DNA of 64,000 nt from an uncultured Chloroflexia bacterium (GTDB lineage: Bacteria; Chloroflexota; Limnocylindria; Limnocylindrales; CSP1-4). A program made the translations under genes and the position numbers. A model generated the notes under the pieces. The model was not told the DNA's origin. It saw nothing but the letters and a program-made list of their open reading frames with translations, and did not search any database. Positions 15,146 through 23,608 of this stretch are shown here, in pieces. The number at the start of each line of letters is the position of its first letter. Position 1 is the first letter of the stretch. Where the stretch lies: the NCBI GenBank assembly GCA_963741915.1, contig CAVUJW010000013.1, positions 651,791 through 715,790 of the forward strand, given 5' to 3'.

Positions 15146-15661
15146 TCAGCGAGCCCAGGCGGGCTGGCCGTCGTCCTGGGCGAGATCCGCATAGGCGATG
15201 CCGGCCGTCCGCTCCCACGCGGCCCGGTCGACGTGGACCGAGTAGTGGTGGCTGCCGGCGTGGAAGGCGACCTCCGGCGCTTCCCGGAGCGCGAAGTCGG
15301 CGAACACCGGGATGCCGAACAGCTCCGCGACCGGCGGCACCGTGCCCGGCTCGCAGTCGGGTGCGAGGGCGGCGAACTCGGCCTCGGTGAGCACGCGCAC
15401 GTCCCCGGCGCCCAGCACATGGCGTGCCCGGACCAAGTCTACGTGGTCATTGGCGTCGACCACCAGCAGGGCTCGGCGCCCGTCGTCGGTGGCGACCCCG
15501 ACGACCTTGGCAAACCGGCGCGGGTCGAGGTGCTCGGCGCGGGCCGTGGCTTCGGCCGTGAACGTCTCCGGGTGCTCGCGGACCTCGTACTCGATCCGCC
15601 GGCCCGCGAGCCAGTCGAGCAGGCCCTGGTGGGGCCCCGTCGCGGTGGTATTCGCGGCCAT
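15146..15661 (-). CDS. YbaK/ProX-type aminoacyl-tRNA deacylase domain protein
   Basis: ATG 15661 after AGGAGG within ORF 15146-15730. About 171 aa. By-eye resemblance to YbaK-like editing domains (..FAKVVGV..LLVVDANDHVDL..VPPV..). Confidence 0.65.
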   Translation of the reverse strand: MAANTTATGPHQGLLDWLAGRRIEYEVREHPETFTAEATARAEHLDPRRFAKVVGVATDDGRRALLVVDANDHVDLVRARHVLGAGDVRVLTEAEFAALAPDCEPGTVPPVAELFGIPVFADFALREAPEVAFHAGSHHYSVHVDRAAWERTAGIAYADLAQDDGQPAWAR

Positions 15662-15843
15662 GGCACGCCTCCTGTCCCGGGCGGCCTGCCCGGAGCCGGA
15701 AGATCCGGGCGTCCGATCCGCCCCGAGCATGCGCAGCCCTCGTGACGACGGCGAGTGGCATCGGTCGGAGTCGGCAGGGGCGGATGGCCCGTAGGCGGCC
15801 GGGACCAGCGCGGCTGCGGGCGAGGAGGGTACCCTCGCGACCG

Positions 15844-16512
15844 ATGCCCAAGCTGACGCCCAAGATCATCCTCGAGGGCACCCGGCTGACCCACAAGACG
15901 GACCTTGCGTTCGCGCTCAACGAGCACCCCCGGATCGTCGGACCCCGCCGCTATCGCTATCACTCGCCGCTGGTCTCCGCCGAGTGGTGCGGGTTCACGC
16001 CCTACCCCTGGGGTCGGGGACCGATCAACTTCGAGCCAGCTGGCGAGGAGGAGGCGCGGGCGATGGCGGTGTTCGACACCTGGACCAGGCTGATCGAGCT
16101 CCAGCCCCACTACTCGTGGATCATCGATCGGTTCCATCTCTCGGCCCGGGCGTTCCAGCTCGCCGCCCACGGGCGGGACGTGGACTTCCGCTGGCTCGAG
16201 ACGCGGCTGCGCTCGCTCGACGTCCACCTGGTGCTGTGCACCCGACGCGAAGGGACCTGGAAGGCGCGGGCGGAGCGGCTCCTCGTCTCGGGCAACCCCT
16301 CGCAGTACGACGACCTCCAGGTGTTCCGGCGCGAGCAGGACCTGCTGCGGCGGCTGGCTGGTCAGTCGATCCTGCCAGTGCTGGAGCTGGACACGACGGA
16401 CGGCGACATGGAGGCCGCCTGCCAGCGGATCGCCGACTGGATGACCTCGACCGGCGGCCTGTGGCCGCGGGGACACCGGCCGGTCGAACCGGAGGTGGCG
16501 CCTCCGGCCTGA
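15844..16512 (+). CDS. Hypothetical protein with a degenerate Walker-A-like N-terminus
   Basis: ATG 15844 within ORF 15742-16512. KIILEGTRLTHKTD resembles GxxxxGK[ST] with His in place of the second Gly. 222 aa. Confidence 0.45.
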   Translation: MPKLTPKIILEGTRLTHKTDLAFALNEHPRIVGPRRYRYHSPLVSAEWCGFTPYPWGRGPINFEPAGEEEARAMAVFDTWTRLIELQPHYSWIIDRFHLSARAFQLAAHGRDVDFRWLETRLRSLDVHLVLCTRREGTWKARAERLLVSGNPSQYDDLQVFRREQDLLRRLAGQSILPVLELDTTDGDMEAACQRIADWMTSTGGLWPRGHRPVEPEVAPPA

Positions 16513-16532
16513 CCGGCACCTCGACGCCAGCC

Positions 16533-16638
16533 GGACCGCCCGCCCGCCCGCCCGCCGGACCGCCGGACCGCCGGACCGCCGAGCCTTCGCCCGCCCCGAC
16601 GTGCCTGCCGTCGGTCGCCGTGCCTGCCGCCGGTCGCC
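16533..16638. repeat. Cluster of short tandem repeats
   Basis: GGACCGCC (16533-16540), (CGCC)x4 (16541-16556), GGACCGCC x3 (16557-16580), and the 19-bp unit GTGCCTGCCGYCGGTCGCC x2 (16601-16638). Confidence 0.75.
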
Positions 16639-16778
16639 GTCCCGCCCCCCGGATATGACCCCGCGCTTCTGTTCGGCGCGACGCATGATGGATCGGGGAA
16701 CTTTGCATGCGCTGGGGGTTCTGCAACGGCCTGGTTCGTGCCGTCACCCCCGCCCAACAGAAGCCCCTGGGCATATCC

Positions 16779-17022
16779 GGTGGGAGACGAACCGATGCGG
16801 CGGCCGCCGGCGGGGCGGTGCTGATCGGTCGACAGACGGTGGGAGACGAACCGATGCGGCGGCCGCCGATGGGATGGCGCTGATCGGTCGACAGACGGTG
16901 GGAGACGAACCGATGCGGCGGCCGCCGGCGGGGCAGTGCTGATCGGTCGACAGACGGTGGGAGACGAACCGATGCGGCGGCCGCCGGCGGGGCGGTGCTG
17001 ATCGGTCGACAGACGGTGGGGG
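16779..17022. repeat. 59-bp tandem repeat: four full copies plus an 8-bp partial copy
   Basis: Units start at 16779, 16838, 16897 and 16956 (GGTGGGAGACGAACCGATGCGGCGGCCGCCGGCGGGGCGGTGCTGATCGGTCGACAGAC). Copies 1 and 4 are identical. Copy 3 has one substitution. Copy 2 has five substitutions within a 10-nt patch. Confidence 0.95.
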
Positions 17023-17179
17023 CCGCGCTGACCGGGGCCGTGGCAGCCCCGCCCCAGCGCGCCGCGATGCCGGCCGTGAGCAAGATCCGACCGGCCCTGA
17101 CCGAGGCGAGTGCCTCCGACCGGGCCGACCGGCCCCCGCACCCGGCCCGGCGGCCTGCCGCGCGATGACTCCTGGCACT

Positions 17180-17213
17180 CATGCGCATCTGCGCATGTAT
17201 CGATACTCGAGCC
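17180..17213 (+). promoter_or_regulatory. Candidate ArsR operator plus leaderless promoter
   Basis: Perfect inverted repeat ATGCGCA-TC-TGCGCAT at 17181-17196, then GATACT (17202-17207) exactly 6 nt before ATG 17214. Confidence 0.45.
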
Positions 17214-17558
17214 ATGGACGAGATCACCATCCTCCAGGCCGAGGTCCTCAGGACGCTGGCCAGTCCGCGGCGCCTGGAGATCGTTCACCGCCTGGCTCAG
17301 GGCCCGTGCGAGGTCGGCCGTCTCGCCGAGGAGCTCGGTGCCCCCCAGCCCAACATCTCGCAGCACCTCGCGGTGCTGCGCACCGCCGGCATCGTCGAGG
17401 CCGAGCGCGATGGCCGCGAGGTCCGGTACCGGCTGGCCGACCCGGACGTCATCGTCGCCTGCTCCGTCATGCGGGGCGTCCTCCAGCGCCGCCTCACCCG
17501 CCTCGGCCGCCTGTCGCTCCTCGATCAGGCCGCCGCCGAGCTGGTCGAGATCCAGTAG
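17214..17558 (+). CDS. ArsR/SmtB-family transcriptional regulator
   Basis: ATG 17214 within ORF 17181-17558. LASPRRLEIVHRL..CEVGRLAEELG..QPNISQHLAVLR winged HTH. Confidence 0.85.
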   Translation: MDEITILQAEVLRTLASPRRLEIVHRLAQGPCEVGRLAEELGAPQPNISQHLAVLRTAGIVEAERDGREVRYRLADPDVIVACSVMRGVLQRRLTRLGRLSLLDQAAAELVEIQ

Positions 17559-17579
17559 CCAACGGAAGGAACCGAACCG

Positions 17580-17993
17580 ATGGACGAACCCCTCAACCTG
17601 GTCCTGTTCTCGGGCACCGACGACAAGCTGCAGGCAGCCGCCGTGCTCACGGCCGGGGCCGCCGCCCTCGGCAAACCCGTCAACATCTTCCTCCAGTACT
17701 GGGCGCTCGACGCGTTCACCAAGGCCAAGATCGAGCGCGACCACGGGCTCGCCCCGGAGGCCGGCGCGGACGGCCGCGCGGCGGTCGACGCGTTGGCCCG
17801 GGCGGGCCAGGCCAGCTGGGCCGAGACCCTGCGCCAGGCGAAGGACCTCGGCTCGGTCGAGGTGCAGGCGTGCTCGCTGTCCATGGACCTGCTGGGCCTC
17901 GAGCCCCAGGACCTCGATCCGCTGGTCGACGGCATGGAGGGCGTCACCGCCTTCTACCTCAATGCCGGCGAGGGCCAGGTCGTGTTCATCTAG
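17580..17993 (+). CDS. DsrE/DsrF-like sulfur-relay family protein
   Basis: ORF 17580-17993 with GGAAGGA upstream. LNLVLFSGTDDKLQAA..FLQYWALDAF. 137 aa. Confidence 0.7.
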   Translation: MDEPLNLVLFSGTDDKLQAAAVLTAGAAALGKPVNIFLQYWALDAFTKAKIERDHGLAPEAGADGRAAVDALARAGQASWAETLRQAKDLGSVEVQACSLSMDLLGLEPQDLDPLVDGMEGVTAFYLNAGEGQVVFI

Positions 17994-18038
17994 CGATCGA
18001 TCGCGGCGCCACGGCGCCACCGGAAGGAGCAAGCAGCA

Positions 18039-18274
18039 ATGGGAATGGTGTCCGTCGATCGACGGTCGATGCCAAGGGCCTGAACTGCCCGATGCCGATC
18101 GTCAAGACCGCCCAGGCGATGAAGGGGCTCGCATCGGGCCAGACCCTCGAGGTCCTCGCGACCGACCCGGGGTCGGTCAAGGACTTCGCGGCCTGGTCGA
18201 AGACGACCGGCAACGAGATCGTCGAGCAGACCGCGGACGGCGGCGTGTTCCGCTTCGTCCTGCGCAAGAAGTGA
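18039..18274 (+). pseudogene. TusA/SirA-like sulfurtransferase with a frame break near the N-terminus
   Basis: ATG 18039 (10 nt after GGAAGGAG) opens a frame that stops at 18081-18083. The conserved body VDAKGLNCPMPIVKT..FRFVLRKK lies in the frame of ORF 17165-18274 and has no start codon. The join is near 18062-18066. Confidence 0.65.
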
Positions 18275-18286
18275 GGATCCCATCCG

Positions 18287-18836
18287 ATGGCTGTTGCCGA
18301 ACCCCCCATCATCCCCGAGACCATGCCCGCCCCGGCCGTCGAGCCGGAGGCCGAGGCCAAGCCCAAGGGGCTCGCGATCATCTACTACAGCGGCGACCTG
18401 GAGAAGATCTGGGCCGCCATGATCCTCGCCTCCACAGCCGGCGCCATGGCGATGCCGACCAAGGTGTTCGTGACCTTCTGGGGCCTCCAGACGTTCGTCA
18501 GGGACGACGTCCGCATCACGGGCGAGAACTGGATGCAGCAGATGATGTCGTTCATGCAGCGGCCGGGCATCAGCCACCGCAAGCTGTCCAAGATGAACTT
18601 CCTGGGCATGGGCCCGTGGATGATGCGCAAGCTGGCCAAGCGTACAACGTCGCCAGCCCCAAGGAGCTGCTCGAGATCGCGACCAGGCCATGGGCGTCGA
18701 GTTCATCCCGTGCCAGATGACGATGGACATGTTCGGGCTCAAGCGCTCGGACCTCATCGAGGGCATGGGCGAGCCCGTCGGCGCGGCCACCTACCTGTCC
18801 TACGTCGGCGAGGGCTATGCCCCGCTGTTCATCTGA
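18287..18836 (+). pseudogene. DsrE/DsrF-like protein with two frame breaks
   Basis: ORF 18287 frame (LAIIYYSGDLEKIWAAMILASTAGAMAM..MRKLAK), then the ORF 17110-18720 frame (AYNVASPKELLEIA), then a third frame (DQAMGVEFIPCQMTMDMFGL..YAPLFI, stop 18834-18836). Both joins equal loss of one G from a GG pair (18640, 18681). Confidence 0.7.
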
Positions 18837-18916
18837 ACCACCACCTCCGGGCGAACGTGCGGGACTCCTCCGCACCCGTTCCGGCCGCCCCCTGAACCCG
18901 TGGAAGGGATGCCCCG

Positions 18917-19165
18917 ATGACCGAAGCCACCGTCCCCCCCGTCACCACCACCATCGACGCCCGCGGCAGCTTCTGCCCCGGTCCGCTGATGGAGCTCATC
19001 CGCGGCATGCGCGAGGCCGAGGTCGGCGACGTCCTCGCCGTCCTGTCCTCCGACAAGGGCAGCAAGACCGACATCCCGAAGTGGATCGAGAAGGCCGGCC
19101 ACACGCTGGTCGGCGTGTTCACCCGCGACGGCTACGACGAGATCATCGTCGCGAAGGTCCGGTAG
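18917..19165 (+). CDS. TusA/SirA-like sulfurtransferase
   Basis: ORF 18917-19165. [17 protein letters not shown] with the CPxP motif. 82 aa. Confidence 0.85.
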   Translation: MTEATVPPVTTTIDARGSFCPGPLMELIRGMREAEVGDVLAVLSSDKGSKTDIPKWIEKAGHTLVGVFTRDGYDEIIVAKVR

Positions 19166-19169
19166 TCCC

Positions 19170-20371
19170 ATGCAGCGGGTCGTCGTCCTGGGCGGCGGGG
19201 TGGGGGGCACCCTCGCCGCCAACCTCATCGCGCGCAAGCTCAAGTCCGCGATCGCCCGCCGGGAGGCTCGCGTCACGCGTCGTCGACACCACGGGCAACC
19301 ACGCCTACCAGCCCGGCTACATGTACATCGCGATGGGCCACGAGCGGGCGAGCAAGCTCGTCCGGCCGGAGCGGTCGCTGCTCGACGGCAACGTCGAGCT
19401 GGTGGTCGACGAGGCGGCCCGGATCGACGCCGCCGGCCAGGCGGTCGAGCTGGCCTCGGGCGAGCGCCTCGGGTACGACCAGCTGGTCATCGCCACGGGC
19501 TCGCGGATCGTGCCCGAGTCCATCGAGCACTTCGGCACCGAGGCGCACCACTTCTACACCGCCGAGGCATCGGCCCGCCTGCGCAAGGCGCTCGACGCGT
19601 TCACCGGCGGGCGGATCGTGATCGGCATCGCCGGCATCCCCTACAAGTGCCCGCCGGCCCCGCTCGAGGTCGCCTTCCTGATCGAATCCGAGCTGCGGGG
19701 GCGGGGTCTGCGCGACCGGACCGAGATCACCTTCCTGTCGCCGATCAACCGCGCGTTCACGATCGAGAGCGTGTCCGAGATGGCGACCCCGATCTTCGAG
19801 CAGAAGGGCATCCACCTCGAGCTTCTGGCCGGCATCGCCCAGATCGATGCGGAGCGCAAGGTGGCGATCACCGATGCGTTCGAGGAGCACCCGTACGACC
19901 TCCTGATCGTGGTGCCGCCCGCACAAGGGCGCGCAGGTGCTGATCGACTCCGGGCTGGCGCCCCGGTCGGGCTGGCTGCCGACCGACCGCCACACCCTCC
20001 AGGTCAAGACGGTGGCGAAGGCGGCGCCCGGCCAGGCCGACGAGGACATCCCGCGCTACCCGAACATCCATGCCCTGGGCGACACGACCGACCTGCCGCT
20101 CTCGAAGGCCGGCTCCACCGCCCACTTCGAGGCGCCGATCGTCGCCGAGCGCGTCGCCGCCGCCGTGCTCGGCCGCAAGCCGCGTGGCAGGCACGCGAGC
20201 TACACGGGCAAGGTGATGTGCTTCTTCGAGGTGGGCGACGGCAAGGGCACGCTGCTCCAGTTCGACTACGACCATCCGCCCAGGCCGCCCAAGCCGAACC
20301 AGATCTGGCACCTGGGCAAGATCATGTTCAACAAGACGTACTGGCACACGGTCCCGCGGGGGCGCGTCTAG
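19170..20371 (+). pseudogene. FAD-dependent sulfide:quinone oxidoreductase-like enzyme (SQR / type II NADH dehydrogenase family) with two frame breaks
   Basis: ORF 19170 frame (MQRVVVLGGGVGGTLAA), then the ORF 18817-21828 frame (VVDTTGNHAYQPGYMY..IPYKCPPAPLE..LIVVPP), then the ORF 19937-20371 frame (HKGAQVLIDSGL..IHALGDTTDLPLSKAGSTAHFE). Joins near 19278 and 19921. Confidence 0.75.
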
Positions 20372-20434
20372 CGCCTCGTCCGGAGCGGAGGCCGTCGCGT
20401 CGCCGGGCAGACTCCCCGACGCCCGGCGGCACCC

Positions 20435-20479
20435 TACAATCGCGCCGTGATCCCCTGCGCCGTCCCTCGCGACCGGTGA
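20435..20479 (+). promoter_or_regulatory. TACAAT box plus a 10-codon leaderless uORF that overlaps the aminotransferase start
   Basis: TACAAT 20435-20440, then 6 nt, then GTG 20447. GTG ATC CCC TGC GCC GTC CCT CGC GAC CGG TGA (VIPCAVPRDR). TGA 20477-20479 overlaps GTG 20476. Confidence 0.35.
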
Positions 20480-21828
20480 GCGGCCGCGTCTTCCGCCGGT
20501 CCGCGTCGGCCGACCCGCCGGTGGCGGTCGAGGCCCACGGATCCACGATCGTCGACGCCGAGGGCCGCGAGTACCTCGACGCGGCGGGGGGCGCCGTCGT
20601 CGTCAACGTGGGTCACGGTCGGCGCGAGATCGCCGACGCGATCGCGGCCCAGGCGGCGCGGCTGTCCTACGCCCACGGCAGCGCCTTCACCACCGAGCCG
20701 CTCGAGCGTTACGCGGTCGAGGTCGCCGCGCACCTGCCGGTCACGGATCCTGCGATCTACCCGGTCTCCGGGGGCTCCGAGGCGATCGAAACCGCGCTCA
20801 AGCTCGCGCGAGCCGCCCAGATCGCCCGCGGCGACTCGGATCGATGGGTGGTGTTCGCACGCTGGGGCAGCTATCACGGGAACACGCTGGGCGCGCTCGA
20901 CCTGTCCGGGCGGCGACCGCTGCGCCGGCCGTACGAAGCATGGCTGGGCCGGTTCCGTCACCTCAGCGCGGCGTACCCCTACCGCGGCGAGGATCCGGGC
21001 GCGCAGGCGCTGGCCACCACCCAGGAGCTGGTCGACGAGCTGGACCGAATGATCACGGCCTCGGGTCCCGGCACCGTCGCCGCGTTCGTGGCCGAGCCGA
21101 TCGTGGGTGCCACGCTGGGCGCCGTCGAGCCGCCGCCGGGCTACTGGCCGGCGATCGCCGACGTATGCCGCCACCACGGCGTGCTGCTCGTCGCGGACGA
21201 GGTCATGACGGGGTTCGGGCGCACCGGTTCGTGGTTCGGGATGGACGCGTACGGGGTCCAGCCGGACCTGCTGGTGGCGGCCAAGGGCGCTACCTCCGGC
21301 TACTGGCCGTTCGGCTTCGTGGCCGCCTCGGGCGAGATCCACGACGCCATCCGGGCGGCAGGACCGTTCGTCCACGGGTTCACCTACTCGCACCAGCCGA
21401 TGGCCGCCGCCGTCGCCCGGGAGGTGCTGCGGATCCTCGAGGCCGAAGACCTGGTCGAAGCGTCGCGCGTGAAGGGGGAGCGCCTGCTCGGCCTGCTGCG
21501 CGATCGCCTGGGCGAGCACGCGGCCGTCGGCGACCTGCGAGGGCGCGGGCTGATGATCGGCGTGGAGCTGGTCCGGGACCGGGAGACGCGCGAGCCGTTT
21601 GCTCGCGGCCTCCGGCTGACCGAGGCGGTGGTCCGGACCGCCCGCGAGCGGGGGCTGCTGCTCTACTCGGGAACGGGCAACGCGAACGGCGTCGATGGCG
21701 ACATCGTCCTGCTCGGCCCGCCGTTCGTGATCACCGACCAGGAGCTGGGCCGGATCGCCGATGGCCTGGCGGTGGCCCTGGACCTTGCGCTGGCCGAGGT
21801 CGGGGCGGTTCCCGGCCGGGCCGGCTGA
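20476..21828 (+). CDS. Class-III (omega-type) PLP-dependent aminotransferase
   Basis: GTG 20476 in the frame of ORF 18817-21828. VSGRVFRRS..YLDAAGGAVVVNVGHGR..SGGSEAIE..LVADEVMTGFGRTG. Confidence 0.85.
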   Translation: MSGRVFRRSASADPPVAVEAHGSTIVDAEGREYLDAAGGAVVVNVGHGRREIADAIAAQAARLSYAHGSAFTTEPLERYAVEVAAHLPVTDPAIYPVSGGSEAIETALKLARAAQIARGDSDRWVVFARWGSYHGNTLGALDLSGRRPLRRPYEAWLGRFRHLSAAYPYRGEDPGAQALATTQELVDELDRMITASGPGTVAAFVAEPIVGATLGAVEPPPGYWPAIADVCRHHGVLLVADEVMTGFGRTGSWFGMDAYGVQPDLLVAAKGATSGYWPFGFVAASGEIHDAIRAAGPFVHGFTYSHQPMAAAVAREVLRILEAEDLVEASRVKGERLLGLLRDRLGEHAAVGDLRGRGLMIGVELVRDRETREPFARGLRLTEAVVRTARERGLLLYSGTGNANGVDGDIVLLGPPFVITDQELGRIADGLAVALDLALAEVGAVPGRAG

Positions 21829-21844
21829 GGCACGTCAGCCGAGG

Positions 21845-22408
21845 TCAGCGGCGGTCAGCCGCGGCCCGCACCAGCAGGATCCCGCCGAGGACCACGAGCA
21901 GGATCGGCCACACGAGGTCGTTGAGCTCGGACACCGCGATGCTCGAGGCGCCGATGACCGTGAGGATGACGCCCAGGCCCACCTGCCAGCCCCAGCCGCC
22001 CCGGCTCGCGGCGCGCACGGCCGCGATGAACAGGAAGGCGATCCCCAGGCACAGCGTCCCGACGCCCGGACCCTCGACCACGTTGGCCGCGGCCAGCAGG
22101 TCCGGTGCCGCGAGGGCCGTGATGATCGAGCCCAGGTACAGCGACGCGACACCGCGGTTGACCAGCCACGACACGAGGAATGCGAGGCCGGCCGCGAGGA
22201 ACAGCAGCGATCCCGCCGTGTCGAGCGCCGGGAACGCCTGGCGGAGCAGCAGCAGCCCGCCGAACACGACCAGGAAGATCCCGAACCACGGCAGCCGCGT
22301 TCGACCACGCGGACCCCCGATGTCGTTCCACTCCCAGCCGTACACGTGCACCCGGCTGGCCCCATCGATCACGTCGCCCGAGACGGGCTGGTCCCGCCGC
22401 TCGCTCAT
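21845..22408 (-). CDS. Hypothetical integral membrane protein
   Basis: ORF 21845-22468 (ATG 22408 or 22468). About five hydrophobic helices after a short polar N-terminus. Confidence 0.5.
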   Translation of the reverse strand: MSERRDQPVSGDVIDGASRVHVYGWEWNDIGGPRGRTRLPWFGIFLVVFGGLLLLRQAFPALDTAGSLLFLAAGLAFLVSWLVNRGVASLYLGSIITALAAPDLLAAANVVEGPGVGTLCLGIAFLFIAAVRAASRGGWGWQVGLGVILTVIGASSIAVSELNDLVWPILLVVLGGILLVRAAADRR

Positions 22409-22532
22409 GCTGTCCTCGCTGCTCGCGTCCTCAACGCTCCCAGAGCGTAGCGCGGGTCGGGCGAGCACCGTGCCCCCGATTCGGGCGGAGGCCCCTCACC
22501 CGTGAGGCAGGCCGGATGACCTCATGCCCGGG

Positions 22533-23510
22533 TCAATACCCGCCGAGCTCGAGGCGGCGCCGGTTCTCGCGCTGCGCCCGCGCCGCCGCATCGAACGTCG
22601 CCGCGCCCCCGGGCAGCGAATCCTGCTCGACCACGATCCAGCCACGGTAGCCGGCAGCCCGAAGGGTCTCGAGCACGCGCTGGGCCTCGAGGTCACCGTC
22701 GCCGAGCGCGCAGAACACGCCCCGGCTCCACACCGCGTCGGCCGCCTCGTCGTGGCGGACGAGCTCCGCCATTCGATCGAGGTGGGCGTCCTTGACGTGC
22801 ACCTGGTTGATCCGAGCGCCCCATCGGTCGATGGCGGCCACCGGGTCGCCGCCGGCCGCGAGGAGATGGCCGGTGTCGAGGCAGAGCCCGATCTCGGTCG
22901 CCTCCAGCAGCGCCTCGATCTCGGACGGCGCCTCCACCGACGTCCCGAGCTCCGGATGGAAGGTCGGCTCGTACCCACGCGCGCGGCATCGCTCGAGCGC
23001 CTCGGCGATCCCGTGGGTCAGGGCCGACCAGGCGCTGCCGGTGACGGCGAGCGACGGATCGCGTCCGACCTGGCCGGGATGCGCAGCCCGCTCCGGCGTG
23101 GGGGCGTGGGCGAGCGTCGGCCGGGGTGGGGGAAAGCCGTGAACGGCCCCGACTGCGTCGAATTCGTCGAGCACGGCGTCCAGCTCGGGCCACGCCTGCT
23201 CGAGGCGGGTAGGCTCGCTGAACGGCAGCTCGACGTAGCCGCCCGCGAGCGCAAGCCCGTGGTCGACCAGGGCCCGCCGCAGCCGCTCTCCGCGACCCAG
23301 GAAGCCGACCGGGCCAAGGTCGATGCCGTCGTAGCCGGCATCCGCGACCGCCGTGATGACGGCGTCGCCGGTCGGCACGCCCGGCAGCCCGATGGTCCGC
23401 TCGAAGGCCCCGTAGCTGACGGGTGCGCTCGCCACCCGGACCAGCCGCTCCGACGTCACGACCGGGCGCCGGCCGTCGGCGCTGCGGGCGAGCTCGACCC
23501 TCTCCGGCAT
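22533..23510 (-). CDS. Sugar phosphate isomerase/epimerase (xylose-isomerase-like TIM barrel)
   Basis: ATG 23510 after GAGGAGG within ORF 22533-23537. GYDGIDLGP, FHPELGT, LCLDTGHL, VHVKD blocks. Confidence 0.7.
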   Translation of the reverse strand: MPERVELARSADGRRPVVTSERLVRVASAPVSYGAFERTIGLPGVPTGDAVITAVADAGYDGIDLGPVGFLGRGERLRRALVDHGLALAGGYVELPFSEPTRLEQAWPELDAVLDEFDAVGAVHGFPPPRPTLAHAPTPERAAHPGQVGRDPSLAVTGSAWSALTHGIAEALERCRARGYEPTFHPELGTSVEAPSEIEALLEATEIGLCLDTGHLLAAGGDPVAAIDRWGARINQVHVKDAHLDRMAELVRHDEAADAVWSRGVFCALGDGDLEAQRVLETLRAAGYRGWIVVEQDSLPGGAATFDAAARAQRENRRRLELGGY

Positions 23511-23566
23511 GACCGCCTCCTCGTGCGTTTCGTCCACGGCGGAACCCGGAGACGATCACCGAGCGC

Positions 23567-23595
23567 ATTGAACCAAAAAGGAACCAACCGTGCAA
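23567..23595 (-). promoter_or_regulatory. GGTTCA-repeat promoter module, copy upstream of the TIM-barrel isomerase gene
   Basis: Reverse strand reads TTGCAC-ggtt-GGTTCC-ttttt-GGTTCAAT. About 57 nt upstream of ATG 23510. Confidence 0.5.
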
Positions 23596-23608
23596 GCGAG
23601 TCTGGCCG

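Noticed and set aside
16779-17022. Possible CRISPR array
   Set aside because: The units are directly adjacent 59-bp copies with no unique spacers. The variable part is a 10-nt patch. No cas genes are in the window.
17173-17187. Sigma-54 promoter (TGGCAC) upstream of ArsR
   Set aside because: The -12 element is absent: the sequence reads TGGCAC-N5-CGCA rather than TTGC.
18817-21828. 1003-aa ORF as a single giant protein
   Set aside because: It is a read-through frame. It carries the middle of the SQR-like gene, then nonsense, then the aminotransferase. The aminotransferase N-terminus aligns with GTG 20476.
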